Assembly: GCF_009914755.1 (NCBI RefSeq)
Contig: NC_060936.1
Length of the DNA stretch: 64,000 nucleotides
Source of the DNA: the human T2T-CHM13v2.0 reference genome, Homo sapiens
Reading direction: 5' to 3' (one strand)
Shown here: in pieces, positions 1-15,485 of the stretch
Layout of the letters: every line of letters begins with the position of its first letter
Numbering within the stretch: position 1 is the first letter of the stretch
Made by a program: the position numbers and the translations under genes
Notes under the pieces: generated by a model
Told to the model about the DNA's origin: nothing
Seen by the model: the letters and a program-made list of their open reading frames with translations, nothing else
Database searches by the model: none

Positions 1-780
1 GTTTTCAGAGTCCAAAAATTTTAACTAGTTTTTTCACTCCACCAAAATGAAAATTCTAACTATATTTATTTAGCTATTTATTTTTTAAAGAAATGCTGCA
101 TTTTGTTGGGTTGAGTGGTATATAGAGTCTACCAGGTGCTTTGATTAATTCAGAGTTATCCTTTGCACAATCATATATTTGAAAAAAGAGAGGTAACCCT
201 GAAAAAAAAAAAAAAAAGAGAATACAGTATGAATGAGCTGGGGTTGGAGAGTTTGAGAATACCGAAGTTCAGAAACATGGGGACTATCTGGCACCCAAGA
301 AAATAACCACATAGTCATCATCAGGTTTTGGGACTGCTTATGGGGAGGAAAGAGGATGCCCAAAGTAGTTTAATGAAACACTGAAAGTAATGATTTAGGA
401 ACAGATTAAAAGATGCCAGATTCATCACTTCATCACATGATCTGCCTTTCTTTGCAGTCTAACTTGGGATAAACTAAGGAAGAAAGTATGACAATCAAAT
501 TACCTGCTTTTCCTGTTTTTATAAAATTATGTAAAATTATAGAAGACAAAGTTAAAACTACATGTCGCATTTCAACTACTGTATCTATGGATTTCTTACT
601 GAGAACTGTCTCCAGTGACACAAATAATTTTAAATTGCATGCATTGTTTATATTTAAAGACTACAAATTCTCTTTATTTCTTCATTCAACAAATATTTAT
701 TATGCAGCTTCTGTGTGCCAAGTGTTAGCTGAAGGAAATATAGTTGCGAACAGACATCTCTTGCCCAGCCAGGTAGTTAA

Positions 781-1157
<377 letters not shown>

Positions 1158-4100
1158 TGTACATTTCTAATTCTATATCTGGGTACTCCTCTCAAACTCG
1201 AAGAACCTTAATTTGGAATTTAATTTCAATTATATGGAGGAAAAGGAATTAGTCCAACCTCTATACCTTTTCTTTTAGTAACAACTACAGAGCAGAAATG
1301 TGTCCCTTTAACCTTTGAAGGGGCTATTTTCCCTTTCAACACAACGGAAGAAAGCTTCAGATCAGAACTAATTGTTCTGTGATTGATTGATAGTTTCCCT
1401 CTTGTTGCTACATACAGCCCAATGACATGCATTGTACACACAACAGGAGGTAAGAGAGTCAATCAATTAGGGAAACAATTAGTTCCAGTTTCTACAATTC
1501 ATTTGATGTTGTAGATGAAATTGCCTGAAAATATTAAGAGCATTAAAGATCAGTGGTGAAAGCTAAGTAAATACATTTATATTCAAATTTTAGAGGCAGA
1601 TGCTTAGTTGATGCTGCTCTTCTGCAGATAGGCGATGTTAATGCAATAACAATTACAGTTTGGCAGCAATTAATAAATGGACTGTCAAAATCAGTCAAGT
1701 TGTGTTCATGGTTTTGGAAGGCTGCTGATTTTAGCTTTGACAAGATGTGGCTGAAGTGTTGCTGAAAAACTCAAAGTGATTAATTAATTTAGAAGATATA
1801 ATTCTGTGACTCCCCTTCTATGGGTAGTAGTTGGAAATGGGGGAACCCAAACATTCAATGCAACCTGATGCCTTCTTTGGGGTCCACATTTAATTAGTAT
1901 TTATGTCTAGTAAATGCAATGTGTAGGAATATTCTAAGATTTATGAGATTGATGAAGTTGTAACCAAGAAAATATGACGCAACTTGGAGTAATATAATTG
2001 ATGAGATCTTCAAGTCATACAGAATTCTAGATTTAGAGCTTTTGTTGCGATATTAGGGTACAAAATTCAGGGTGGGGAGGAAATTAGGATGGACTAAGAG
2101 TGATGGGCTAGCTCTAAGTGAGCTCAAAGCTATGTCTCATGCAGAGCAATGTGAGAGACAGGTCCCTCTCCTCCTCCGGGTAAGAAAGCAAAAAGAAAGT
2201 TAATAAAAATAATCAAGAACATTTCATCCAAAACAGTAGAAAAGAGAAAATGCTTAAGAATTTTACTATATTTCCTCAAAAGCAAAATATAGGAACAAGT
2301 TTAAAGCCATAATTCCATCAAATTTTGAGTTTATATGTTAGCCTATTCTTAATAATGATCAAAGCTGCTTAAACCCAGAAAGTAAATCCTGATCAGTTTC
2401 ACATTATCTTTTAGTTTGTTCAGCAAAAGAATAAAGAGAATACTGATGTTAACATGTGTATGTCTGTAGTATTTAAAATCCAACACACTCTGGCAGAAAT
2501 GTTCTAGAGTGACTCAAATTTGATCCCTCAGAGAAAAAGTATATTTTTTAACAAGGTAACACTGTTACTTTGATGAATAAATTTTTTTCTAAAAAACTCT
2601 GGATACAACTAAGACAGCTAAGAAACATGGAAAGCAAATAAAACATCACTATCACCCAGAAAAAATAAGATAATACTAATAGAGAAAATTAATTCTAAAT
2701 ATTAAATCCATTTCTAGACCAAAACAGAAAAGAATTCACATTACCTTATTCAGGTTTTTCTAACCTTTCAATAAAAATCTTGTAGAAATTTGTTATAAAA
2801 TTTCATTTTGTAATTTAATATTAGGAATTAATTAGGAGGGAAAACAAATTGATATTCTCAGCTCCTTATCTTTGGCGTTTTAGTACTTACATTGTCTTTC
2901 GTGTTCTAATTAATTTTACTAATCCCTTTAGCTAATGAATAAGTAAATGAGGACCAGGGGAAAAATTCATCAATTGCAAGAAAAGTGTAGAAAATTATTA
3001 ATTCAGAAGTAACCCATAACAACCACAGTGAACTTGTCAGTATTGCTTTGCTCTCTTGCTAATATTCTAATTTCTGTTTTATTATTCTTCATAGAGCAAA
3101 ATGTTTCACAGTTAATCTTAACAGTACTTTTGTTTCTAAGCCTTCTAAAAGGCATTGATTTGGGAATAGCCAAATATTTGAATATAAATTGATTTTATGC
3201 AATACACAGAAAACAAGTATTTTATTGATATAAGTGGTTTCTTTATTTGTAGAATTACACTTAAAATTATTTTGAAGCAGCATGAACTCTCTCTGGACGG
3301 TTTTGGAATTTCATGCCCAAATCAACTTGAACATTACTTTTATATGAGCTTTTTGTCTTCTGCAGTAGCATAAATGCCTATGGATGGAAGTGTCAGGGGA
3401 GTAGAGATGGAGATAAAAGCTTCAGGAAACAAGATGTAAGTGTGAAAATGACAGAATGTTCATGTGGGAAGAAATTGCTATAAAGCTTTTCTTTCCTTCA
3501 TTCCTCTTCCTAAAAGAAATACTTAAATTTTAGGACTTCAGTCATTTTCTTTCAATCTGGTTGATAATAGCAGGAGACTAAGGCCTACTTTATATATTAA
3601 GACAGAAAATGCTCAGACATTACAGAGACAGGCATGAAGAAGGGGAAGCCCGCATGAATTTTTGGAATGACAAACCTTCTGTGCTGATATTCTGATGTCA
3701 GTTGACATTCTGATATTGATTTTCAGACTTCCTTCACTGAGGAAGTAGTTATAATCTTTAACCAGCATGGCCAAGAAAGAAATCTCAAGGGCAGTAGAGA
3801 CTTTTGCTGTTGTCTAAGTTCTTTTTATCCTCTTTAATGCCATACCATTCTTACCTCTTTGGAAGGCTGTTTGTCATTCACAACCAATTCAATTCAATTC
3901 AGTGTCTGATGATGGACTTCTACAAAGTGCATCTTAATCAGCAGATTTCCACAGAGACTTTTCCTCTCTCTAACACCCTCTGCAAAATGCTGGCTGAAAT
4001 TTTTACTTGTTACCATGAATAACAGCATGATTTTGCAGCTACATGTTCCCCTCTTTCAAAATTGAATGCTCTATATCCGTTTTTCCCTACCAGCTGCCTT

Positions 4101-7100
4101 CCCTCTCTCCACTGTCAGCATTTTGTGATGAAAAAGATTCAGTTACAATATGTGCCCCATATTGTGTAGGCTTTATTTTCACTCAGGCTTTGAGTCAGGC
4201 CTCCATTCTCACCATAGAAATGCCCTATCACCTCTCCAAACACCAATTCTCTCTAAAATTAAATTTATTCTGCTATAACATGCAAAACCTAGAAATGCAT
4301 CCAAAGCCTGCTTCTGACACCAGAGAAAAATGAAAAATCACGAGCAAATTCACCTAAGTTTACTCACATTTATGTTTTACTCCCTTATAACAGAGTAATG
4401 CAAAATTAGGTTTATATCAATATAAATACGTATCATAAGCACTATCAAATTTTATACTGTGGTAGGGATTGAGACATTGTGCTGAGTATTGCAAATACAA
4501 ATGTTAATAAAATCCTATCCCAAAACTCAGGGAGCTCAGAGCTGATTGATGAAATAGATACATAAGAAGATAATCATGATATAATTCTAGAAATGCATTA
4601 ATTCCTAAAAGTCTTGATCCTTTCCCTTTCCCAATATAATGGTGAGGAACTTTGTTTAAGAAAATATGTTTAAGAATAGGTAGCATAAATTTTTTTTTAT
4701 TAGAATTATAAAGAGGGCTTCTCTTCCTGGTGACATCTTAACCACAAGAGATTATTTATGCTTCCTACCAAAAGCTACTGAAATGGTAGAATAGAAGAGA
4801 GATGAAAAGGGTGAAGGACATAAAATTCTGTGCAACAAGAAAGTACCTTAACAAATCAGAAATTCTGAACCGTTTCCAAGACATAGAAAGCATTTTATAA
4901 TAATTGATAAAGATACCAGATCTGAGAAAACTGCAACCCAGAAGTGCTTGGAAGAAATGTGCTGCAGAGAGAGGAGCCATTTTCCCCAGCTGGCCCTTGA
5001 TAGTCTAACAAATTGCCAAAGGATTTCTGCTTGGAGGGTAATTACAGTGGAGTAATTTATTAAAGGAGAATTGCCTCCTCACAGCTGGACAACTGGCTCC
5101 AGTTCACATAGAGGTACTTAGAGCCACTATGAGGGCTCTCTGAGTAATGTGGACAGGGTGTAGGAGCAAACAAGAAGCAAAGCACAGTCCTCTGAAACTC
5201 AAAAGGGTATGAAAGAGTAAGAATAGCCCCTCTGCCAGACAGAAAATGCTGTCCGCTCCCAGAAAAATTCCTCCTTTACCTTGAAAAATGAGGGAACTCC
5301 TAGCTTATCTACTGGTACCTGCCCAGGCACTTAGAAGGAAAGTCTGTGTCACCATGTGTAATACTCTCTCAGTCAACACTTTCATTCAGAGAAGAAGTAA
5401 CTGGGGAAAGAGATTTGCCCAGTTTAGACAAAATCTATACCAGTCATAAGATTAATCAATATTAGATTCCAACATAGAGTTTCTAGCTTCAGAGTCCATG
5501 CTGTTATCCAGATAATAACTGAACCAATCTACATAATTCAGAAACATAATCTGTCCACCCTCCCTGTCATATATATCTTGATTAAAGGGGATTTTTTGTA
5601 AGCCAGATAAATATCTAATTGGTGAATCATCAACCTGTACAAATAGTGAAATGGTAAGGAAATGTATTTTGGAATCAGAGGGTTATCACATGGGTCAGCC
5701 CATCATTTCATGGAGCCATCCTTTGATCATTTCCCAGCTGTTTCCAATTCCCAGAGCTTTTTACTTCCTTCATTGTTGATGCCATGGAGCCTCTAAAAGG
5801 CTTATAGTAACGTTCCTAGGATCTGTAGTGGAACACCCATGCTAGGCAAGGGTGATTTCCCCATACGTATTTTTTGGAAGTTGGGGCTTGTAAATAGTTG
5901 ACTACCTTGACTACCTCTAAGTGTCATGCAAAGCTGAGCCAGAGCCAATGAGAGATTCTAGCCAGTTTCACAAATAATCCTGAATAATTTATTTGGCAGC
6001 AGCTATGATTTTATTTAAAAGTTGATAAATCTGAAAATATCTTTAGATCCTATTCTATAAAGAAAGGCAAACAGGCTTCATCAAGAAATTGACAAAAATA
6101 CTTTCAGTTCTGTATAAGTCAAATCGATGTTGCTATAAGGCCAAAGGATAGTGAAGTAGGGACGCAAAAAGTTAGCCATATTCCAGGATCTGACCTTCAA
6201 AATTATAGGCTCAAAAATTTGTTTAAAGTCATCTTTCGGTGTGACTGACACTACCCAATTCACAAGGGGCTAATATATAAGCCAGAATTTTAATAATTGT
6301 TTAGTACTGCGTATCTAAATACAAACATGTTTTCTTCCAACGATGCATCATAGTTTATAACTAGACTGATGAAATAAACTTGGAGTCCTAGTCATCAACA
6401 ATCTTGAGCTACACAATAGGAAAAGGTGCAGATCTTCCATATATCTGTTGCTTTGCAGTAAGGTAGAAATGACTTCTACTTAAGAATCTTAAAAAATTAT
6501 AATAGGGCTTTTGATAATAAAAGACATCCAACAACTTTTAAAGTGGAAGTTTGGCACACTCAGTATAAGCACTTTAGATCATGTTTTAGTTTTCTTTTAA
6601 TGTCATAATATCAAATTATTGATCAGTAAGTATGAAAAAAGTCTAAAGAAATGAGCCAACTGCCTGTAGAATGACTTCATATCAGTGAAATTATAGTATC
6701 TATAATTACTGAATAAAACATGAAAAGGCAATTTAGCTCCATGTATTGCTCTTGTCAGTAAGCCAGCATGCCTGTTTATCATGTAAATAGGATAGTATTT
6801 ACAGATCATGCTCCAAATCAGAAACTATATTCTTTCTAAACTCTTTATTTGAAGATCTGAGATGCAAACTGTGGTATATTCATCAGTCTTATTAAGCCAC
6901 TCAGATGGCAATGGTATTAAGTCCAGGCATTGGCCAAAATGAAAATAAAAGTTAAAGAGCCAGAGATAATGACCTTTTATTACAGTTACTTACTTCACAA
7001 TGTTCAATGTCATGTTCCAATGTGAGATGGTGACTCAATGGTATTTTATAGGAAATCTGTTCTTAACCCCGCTTTCTTAAAGTGGTGTGTTCTGGGTTTG

Positions 7101-7809
7101 TCAAGACGAAGGAAAGATGTGAAAATTCGCCATGGACATATCCCTAACTTTATTAAAGCGTGACTTGTTGAAGAAACAGAAAATAAATTGTTTCTTACTA
7201 AGAAACAAAAGCAAAGAAGAAAGAGAAGGAGTCAGGGAAGAAGCAAAAGAAAAGGAACTCACTAAGAAACACATGGAGATTATGCCATGTAAGAATCACA
7301 ATAGGGCACCTGCCTTTCAAATATTCTTTCCAGTCCTCCAAGTCCCCCGGATTTATTTGTAGAGTACTCCTAGTAGATCAAGGTGTACTTGTCCACTGCT
7401 TCCTCACTTGCAGACTTTGATCAATGATGGACACACTAAAAGGTAGAACATTCAATTGGAATGCAATATATAAAACTGAACCCTTACCTAAACGTTTCAA
7501 ATCTTTTAAAGCAGCTTAAACCAATCGCAAAACTAATTTTCTTATAATTCACATCAATTCAATTCATATTTATCCAGCTCCACAGGATGCAGGGTGCTGA
7601 ACTTCACCATAATTTACAGAATGTAGGGAAGACACAACCCTGTTTTGAATAGGAAAAAAATGTAATGAAAATCTCTTAGACCTATTGGGAATCAAAAGCT
7701 AGGAGTCAGAGGCACATGTAGGTAAAGAGTATTAGCAACAAGGCAAGTTAGCTTCGCCTAGTAGATAATAAGCCTATGGAAAAAAAAAAATTTTTTATTG
7801 TGAAAATGA

Positions 7810-8390
7810 GATTGTTAAGTATTTGTGTATGCTCGTTTTTGGCAGATGTAATACAAACTGAATCAAACCGTAAGGGAAATGTATTATTTTCCATTACAAG
7901 AAGTCCCAAGGTATGGTTGTCGTAGGTTGATTAACACAGCTGCTCAACGGCATTGTGAGGTTATGGTTACTTTCAGTTTATAGCTCGCTGTCCATAGAGT
8001 ATCTATCTGCCTTCCCTTTCACCAGATTCTCTCATACTTACGACATGGCTGCAAGCAGTTCCAGGTACCACATGCAAACACATCACCACCCAGCAAAGGA
8101 GATACTGCTTCCTCTGTACGTCTTTTTAAAAGTTAGAAAAACATTTCCAGAAATCACCCAACAGAATTCCTCTTATATTGCTACACTTCCAAATTGACTC
8201 ATATGCCCTTGCCTAAACCAACCATCGGCAAAAAGAATAGGATTTCCATGATCAACATATAGACTAATAAGATTTTCTTATGAAACAGGGATAAGGTAAT
8301 CTCCCCAAAGCAGTACTTGTCAGAAAAAAAAAGTGGGGGTTTATCTTAAATTGAAAGGAAGTAATAGCTGTTAGGTAAAAAACCAACACA
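7810..8390 (-). mobile_element. Old MaLR LTR (MLT1J/K-like), degraded
   Basis: Motifs catggctgcaagcagttccagg, aaacatttccagaaatc and catatgcccttgcctaaaccaa resemble old MLT1 LTRs. Boundaries are approximate. Confidence 0.5.
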
Positions 8391-8699
8391 CTGTTAGGTA
8401 AACGGCCAACAATCTTGCTTGTTATTTTTTCGTAGATTGTAGATACTGTTCATTCTTGTCTCATGTCCCCAAATTAATTCATTGGCACACAACAGAAGGT
8501 AGAATTTGGGGAGAAGTCTCCTGTAATTATTTATACTAGAGTATATTTTGGATTTTAACCATCTGCGTACATGGCTGTATCCCCAGCCATTCAAATAGTG
8601 AATGAATTACTTGAGAATTATTCAAAGCACCTAGTATAATGTTGGACACATTGTAGACACACAGTTTATTCATTCGATCAACATTTATCTATTCATTTA

Positions 8700-8930
8700 T
8701 TAGTAAGGCAGACTTCCATGGACTCAGAGCTGGCCTGTTTCAATTTAAATCCTGGCTCCACCACTTACTAGCTGTGCAAACTTTGGCAAATTCTCTCATC
8801 TATAATAGAGAGACACTGTAATAATATTGCCTGACTCATGAGGTTTATTTTGTGAGCATTATATGAGCTTAGATGTTTAAAGCACTTATAATAATGTCTA
8901 GGTAATAGTATAGCTTAATAAATGTTAGAT
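8700..8930 (+). mobile_element. MIR SINE
   Basis: Core aatcctggctccaccacttactagctgtg; 3' part aaagcactta...aataaatgttag. Confidence 0.8.
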
Positions 8931-9385
8931 ATTTTTATTTATTGATATATTATTTCTAACTGGTAGGTTGCAACATTTTCCATCATCCTATTTACCTCAG
9001 TCTGAACTGTGTATAGATGGATTTTAAAGTTTTGCTTCACTGTGTGACAAAACAATGACTGTTTGAACACAGTGTGATAAAAGAGGGCTGTGAGCTGCAA
9101 GCTCAGATTTTCTGTCAAGTGCCTGCAGCTCAGAAACAGCAAGAGTTCAGAGTTGAGTTTCAGCAAAGCAACGGAGAAAGGAAATTCCAAATTATTTATC
9201 TGTAACTTCTATAAAAAACACTGAGAGCCGATTGGCTTGCTTCAACTAAGCTATATCTCTTCATAACTACCAAAAGCATCTAGTACCATCTTACTATACA
9301 AAAGTTAGAGATCACTTCAATTAATATTCTATACAATGAGTACAGTCACTAAAAAAAGCTATGTCAAATTGATCCATGGAAGATT

Positions 9386-9952
<567 letters not shown>

Positions 9953-10647
9953 TCCTGTTGCAACATTTTTTAAAACACTGTAAAATACACCTGAAGTTTT
10001 TATAATGCATTTGAAAAAACTCATATTTTTTCTTGATTATGAACCTGCCATTCCTACTAAAATTTTGGGAGGCTTTTTAGAGCCAGAAAAATTCTACATT
10101 ATTCAGTGGCACTTTTAAAATAAATATGGTTTTTGAAACTGCAATGATATTTTATTTATAGAGAAATGAATGCGTAATAAGTGGATTATCAGCAAAACAA
10201 TGTTAAACTTGTGAATTCATTAATGAATACGTTTTTAGTTACAATTCTGATGTACCATATTTTTAAGATTCACATCCCTATTGTAGGTGGAAAATGTTCA
10301 GGTTTGTATAAAACCTTCTGATTTTCTGTATATCACTTTAGTAATTCAGTACTTGAATTTTCTCTTGGATATGTTTTGCCAGTTTGTTTCCATTCTTTTA
10401 TTCTCAATAATATAGGTCCAAAGGGGAAAATAACATAGCAATGAATATAGTTTTCACTTGGCTCATGGATTTATTTTTATTTTGGCTAGTTCTTCTGAAA
10501 TTCATGTTGACTACAATTGCTAAATATAATTGTAATTGATCTTCTGAGAACGAGAAACACAGTTTGTTTAAATTTTTTTTAAGTTTTCCCTTTCCAATAC
10601 ATTATTTATAAACAATACTCATATTTTCTCCTCATTCTTTAGGAAAT

Positions 10648-11535
10648 ACGTATTTCATGTACTCTAAGAGACCATTAACTACAAGATGCACCATTATTTT
10701 ATATAGCACTAAGGAAGCATGTTGAAAACAGTTTCAAAAATGGTTTCATATAATTTGAATTTTATTTTGTATTAAAAGATTATTTAGACTTATTTAGACA
10801 GATTTCATTTTGTCACTCTTGTGCACACAAAAAAAACAAAAATAAAAGCAAAATAAATTGGTTAATGAATTTCTAAAATTTCTAAATCTGTTCTCAATAC
10901 TCAGATTTGATAATGCTCTTTTTTTCAGATACCATTTCTGCAAATATTGCTTTACTGTTGCCTCCAAAATATTCCAAATTGCTTGACTCTCATTCTGCTA
11001 GTTTTGATGGTAAAGCCAATATTAAAAGGTTTCAGACGACAACCCAGATGCAGATCCCTTCTTTAAGTCACCTTTGAGTGATTTGTTGACTGGAACATCA
11101 GCAGGAATAATAACTGTGTTGAGCGTACGTTGAGCAAATAACAACTGGGCCTGGCAGACAGTGATAGTAAGATACCACAGATTTTAAGAAAAATCCCCAT
11201 TTCAAAGATGTAAAAAATGTGAAAAAAAATATTGTGAAAGAATGTATTCAGTTGAGTGTTTAATCCATCACTCAACCATCAGTCTCCATGGCATTTTCCT
11301 TAGCTTCCATGATGGGATCCCACATCACTCAATGCTCTCAGTTCTAACAGTCTTCCATGTACAGTTAGGAATGCACAGTGAAGAGTTACTGACAAAATTC
11401 ATTACTTCTGGCTATAAATTCAAATGATCCAGAAACTAACAAGACTAGTGACTCCACACAGTAGGTTTTGTTTCTCATAATACTTTCTTGATTACAAGGT
11501 GCAGATACTTAGATCATCATCAAGTGGGATACTAT
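10648..11535 (-). mobile_element. Kanga/MER104-like Tc2 (pogo-related) DNA transposon relic
   Basis: Terminus cgtatttcat...ctaagag accattaactacaagatgcaccattattttat resembles the MER104/Kanga end. Minus-strand reading near 10930-11120 gives DDE-transposase-like fragments VIIP, DVPVNKSLKGDLKK and PSKLAE*...WNILEATVKQYLQKW. Confidence 0.55.
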
Positions 11536-11589
11536 GTAGTGAAACTCAGATCGAGGTGAAAACCAGGCCAACAGAAGTGGAGTAACTGC

Positions 11590-11720
11590 AAGGATGACAT
11601 TGGACAGTGATCACAGATGTGAGCCCTGGGATCAGATAGCCATACTGGAATCCTGGCTTCACCACTTATTAACTCTGTGACAATGAGCATGTTTATTTTT
11701 TTCTCTATGCCTTAGTTTCT
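11590..11720 (+). mobile_element. MIR fragment
   Basis: gaatcctggcttcaccacttattaactctgtgac...ctatgccttagtttct. Confidence 0.7.
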
Positions 11721-12047
11721 TCAAAGTTTTTCATAGTTTAAATTCCTAGGGAATGATTCTTATTGCCTAACTCACCTTTTCATGCCAAACAGTGTCATTG
11801 GCCTCAGTCCAATGAGCTGCCATTGAATCAGGTACACATTCCTCCTCAAATTTGCTGTGACTATGCTGTAGGGGGTGGTCACACAATGTGCATGAGCTCT
11901 TTCCCACCTTTAGAGCCATGAGAACAATTTTACTGAAAAGGAGCTATCGATGGGCACACACTGGATTTCATACTTTGAGTACATCTCCCACCCACCACCT
12001 TTAGGATCAAGGGTTAGATCCATCTCTCCTCAGAGAAAACAAAGTTT

Positions 12048-12306
12048 TTTGTTTGTTTTAATTTGATTTGATTTTAGGTTCCAGGATACATGTACAGGAC
12101 ATGCAGCTTTGTTACATAGGTAAACGTGTGCCATGGTGGTTTGCTGCATCCATCAACCCATCACCTAGGTATTAAGTCCCTCATGCATTAGCTGTTTGTC
12201 CTGATGCTCTCCCTGCCCCACCAACAAGCCCCGGTGTGTTGTTCCCCTCCCTGTGTCCATGTGTACTCATTGTTCAGCTCCCACTTATGAGTGAGAACAT
12301 GCAGTG
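12048..12306 (-). mobile_element. 5'-truncated L1PA (older primate, ~L1PA8-10) 3' UTR
   Basis: Typical antisense L1PA 3' end (catgtacaggacatgcag...gtgagaacatgcagtg). TSD aaaacaaagttt at 12036-12047 and 12308-12319. Confidence 0.9.
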
Positions 12307-14044
12307 AAAAACAAAGTTTAAAAAAAGAAAAAAGATATAGAGATGTTAAACTAGTTGGGCCAGCTTGGAAACAAATCTAGAAAAAAATGACACTTTTTGA
12401 CACAGGATGTTATTATGATTTTTAAACAATGAAAATTAGGATTAGATGGGAAAATAGCTAAATTCTTAATATAACCAGTCTCCTTCCATCTTTAAGAAAG
12501 ACGGCTCCTAAGCTTTTGCTCAACTTCAAGAGACAGGGATGGGAGGGAATGAACACTGGAGAATCTAGCAAACTACATAAGAAAAAACAAGAAAGAATTC
12601 TCATTAACAATATGAAATTTGCAAGTTGGTAAGTCAGTTTTCCAACCTCTGGAAGTAGGATTACCTAGCTACTTAAACAGTTTAACCCCTGGTTTTTAAC
12701 ACAAACATTTGCCTTTTAAGCTATTTGTTCATTTTGAGAAACTTACAGCTGCATCTCTCTGCACGTATCCTTTTTGGGCCCAAATTTCCTAATTCCTGGT
12801 CCTATTTGCTACTTCTTCTTCATGCTTTCCCACCTGCTTCCTGGAAATCAGAGTCATGTTCCCAATTATCTAACAATGTCAAGAAGATAACTATGAGTTG
12901 TAATTTACCACTATTGGTTTCAGGAGATGACATTGTGGGGGCATATTTGAGTTTCCATAATGGGAGGAAGGGTCAGCAAGCAGAAACTCGTGGGCTGCTT
13001 TAATGGTGTGAATTGATGTCTTATTCTCCTATTCTCCAACTGCACACAAAGCATAAAGCTCACTAAATTCTCATTACTTACATCAAGTCTTTAGTACATG
13101 GTAAGTGAGACCTAACTAAAAATGATTCTTGTTCTCCCATTAGGGAAAAAAATAATCAAAGAAAGAAAAGAAAAAGTTAAGACCAAGGAAGGGTTATAAG
13201 AGGAAATGGAGACTGAAGCATTTCGATCAGAATGAGAAGAGAGGCAGACAGGAGAGAGGGATACGAGAAGGAAAGCCAATAGGGCTTAGGAAGCTGCGGA
13301 GAATTTCTGAAGAAGGAAGAGAGAAGACATATAGTAGGGGGAAAAGAGATATTTAAAGGGGATTCTTAGGAAAGGCAGCTGGTGAGCATGCAATATTTCC
13401 TTCTGCTTACATTCTTCCAAAGACATCTTCAGCATAACACCTCTACACACCTCTTCAATGTTTGTATTGTGGGATTTGTGACATTGGGGAAGAATGTTTG
13501 TTCTCTTCTTAAAGTAAACCTAAGAAGGCCCAGTTATATTCAATTTGCAAAAGCACTATGAGAAATACTTCCTGGAAGGCATACTCTTTAAAAAAAAATC
13601 TCCCTACACCTCTGAGGAAATTTTTGTGACTTGTTGAATGGGTAAAATCTGGAGGTAACTAGATCCATTTTGGAAAAAATGGAAGAATCCAGGCACCTGG
13701 GTGTTTTAGGTTAGCCAAACTGCTGTGCTTCCAGTTGTTGTAAGGTCTGAAAAACAACCTTTCTTCAGTAGCTGTTTCTTTGGAACTACTGCCATAAGTC
13801 AGCTCTCATCCATAGTGACAGGGCTGTTCAATCTCTTGCTTCCCACTTACTTCCCTCAAGAGAAATTATGTTTGAACTAGACAGAAGATACACCTCAAGC
13901 CTGACATTCAAACATCTGCAAACTTATGGAGGATTTTGATATGCTGCTAGGCTTTACTTAACTGCCTAAGGATCTTTGGATTTGGAAAGAATTTAAATGA
14001 AAGCTTTGACAGTGGTTCATTTTTTTTCCAAAAATATTTCAGAG

Positions 14045-14420
14045 TAGGTGTTATAGGTCAGATTCCCTGGGAACCTGCTCTCAATCAGAGGTAGTTTACT
14101 AGGAAATGTTCTCCATGTAAGAAACTGAAGGAAGCAGATGTGCAGAAGGGGAGATGCTTGCTGAACTGATATGCCATTACAACAGGCTTTAGCTGATCCT
14201 GCAGTGTCCTTCAGAGATGAACTAAATCGAGGCCAGCATCCACCACTCATTGTGTGAAGGCCATTCCTGGGTAAGGGGGTTTAACCTTCAGCAAGGCAGC
14301 TGCTTTTGGTCAAGGGCAATTTCTCTGGAGTGACTCCCTGGCTGTGAGCAATCAGCAGGCAGCACTGCCTGAAGCTGGGGGAAGAGGCTGAAATCCTTAT
14401 TCTTGAAAGTCCCAGGGCAT
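14045..14420. mobile_element. Old ERVL-class LTR fragment (LTR33/LTR16-like)
   Basis: GC-richer block with taggtcagattccctgg...aaggaagcag...gtccttcagag...caaggcagct motifs. Family assignment is tentative. Confidence 0.4.
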
Positions 14421-14939
14421 GGGAAGAACTGAATAGACCTGGCCCTCACTTACGGATTCTACCTATACCCACAGCAGATCAAGGAAAACTTGGATGGAAT
14501 AAAATCACTACATTCTGCCCTCCACCTCAAAATATACTCTAACACCTTCCATAATATCTCCCAGCTTCTTTTTAATAATTATTCCAAGAGTTAGTTTCAA
14601 TATGGGACTTTTCTGCATTAGAAGACTTTTTTTAGTAATATTTTTTCGACCTCCTCCTGTATGTGCTTTAATTTTGCATGCTATTGTTATAAAATACAAT
14701 ACTTAAATAGAGATGGAAATAATGCTTTGTCTAAAAATCATGATGCTATTGCAGTATAGTAGACTATCTTACTATGTAATCTGAGAAATCTATATTAATT
14801 TGTAGATCTAGAGATAGGTATAATTAAAGTCCTACTAAGAAGAATAATTTCTAAGAGGACAGAGGGAAGTTGTCATAGCAATCAAAATCCTGATTTTCCT
14901 CATTTTATACCACAAAACTATAAACTTTTTTTCATATCT

Positions 14940-15485
14940 CATTTTTTTTTCATTTTTCGTAACTTATTGGTGTACAGGTGGTATTTAGTTACATGAGTAA
15001 GTTCCTTAGTGGTGATTTGTGAGATTTTGATGCACCCATAGCCCAAGCAGTATACATTGCACCATATTTGTAGTCTTTTATCTCTCACCCCTCTCCCACT
15101 TTTCCCAAGTCCCCAAAGTTTGTTGAATCATTCTTATGCCTTTACATCCTCATAGCTTAGCTCCCACATATCAGTGAGAACATACAATGTTTGGTTTTCC
15201 ATTCCTGAGTTACTTCACTTAGAATAATAGTTTCTAATCTCATCCAGGTTGCTGCAAGTGCCGTTTATTCATTCCTTTTCATGGCTGAGTAGTATTCCAT
15301 TGCATAAATATACCGCAGTTTCTTTATCCACTCATTGATTGATGGACATTTGGGTTGGTTCCATGATTTTGCAATTGCGAATTGTGCTGCTATAAACATG
15401 CATGTGCAAGTATCTTTTTCATATAATGACTTATTTTCCTCTGGAAAGGTACCCAGTAATGAGATTGCTGGATCAAATTCTAGTT
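14940..15485 (-). mobile_element. L1PB (L1PB1-like) 3' end fragment
   Basis: tacaggtggtatttagttacatgagtaagttccttagtggtgatttgtgag. The ORF 15265..15519 gives an L1 ORF2 C-terminus (CTCMFIAAQFAIAKSWNQPKCPS...EYYSAMKRNE). Confidence 0.9.
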
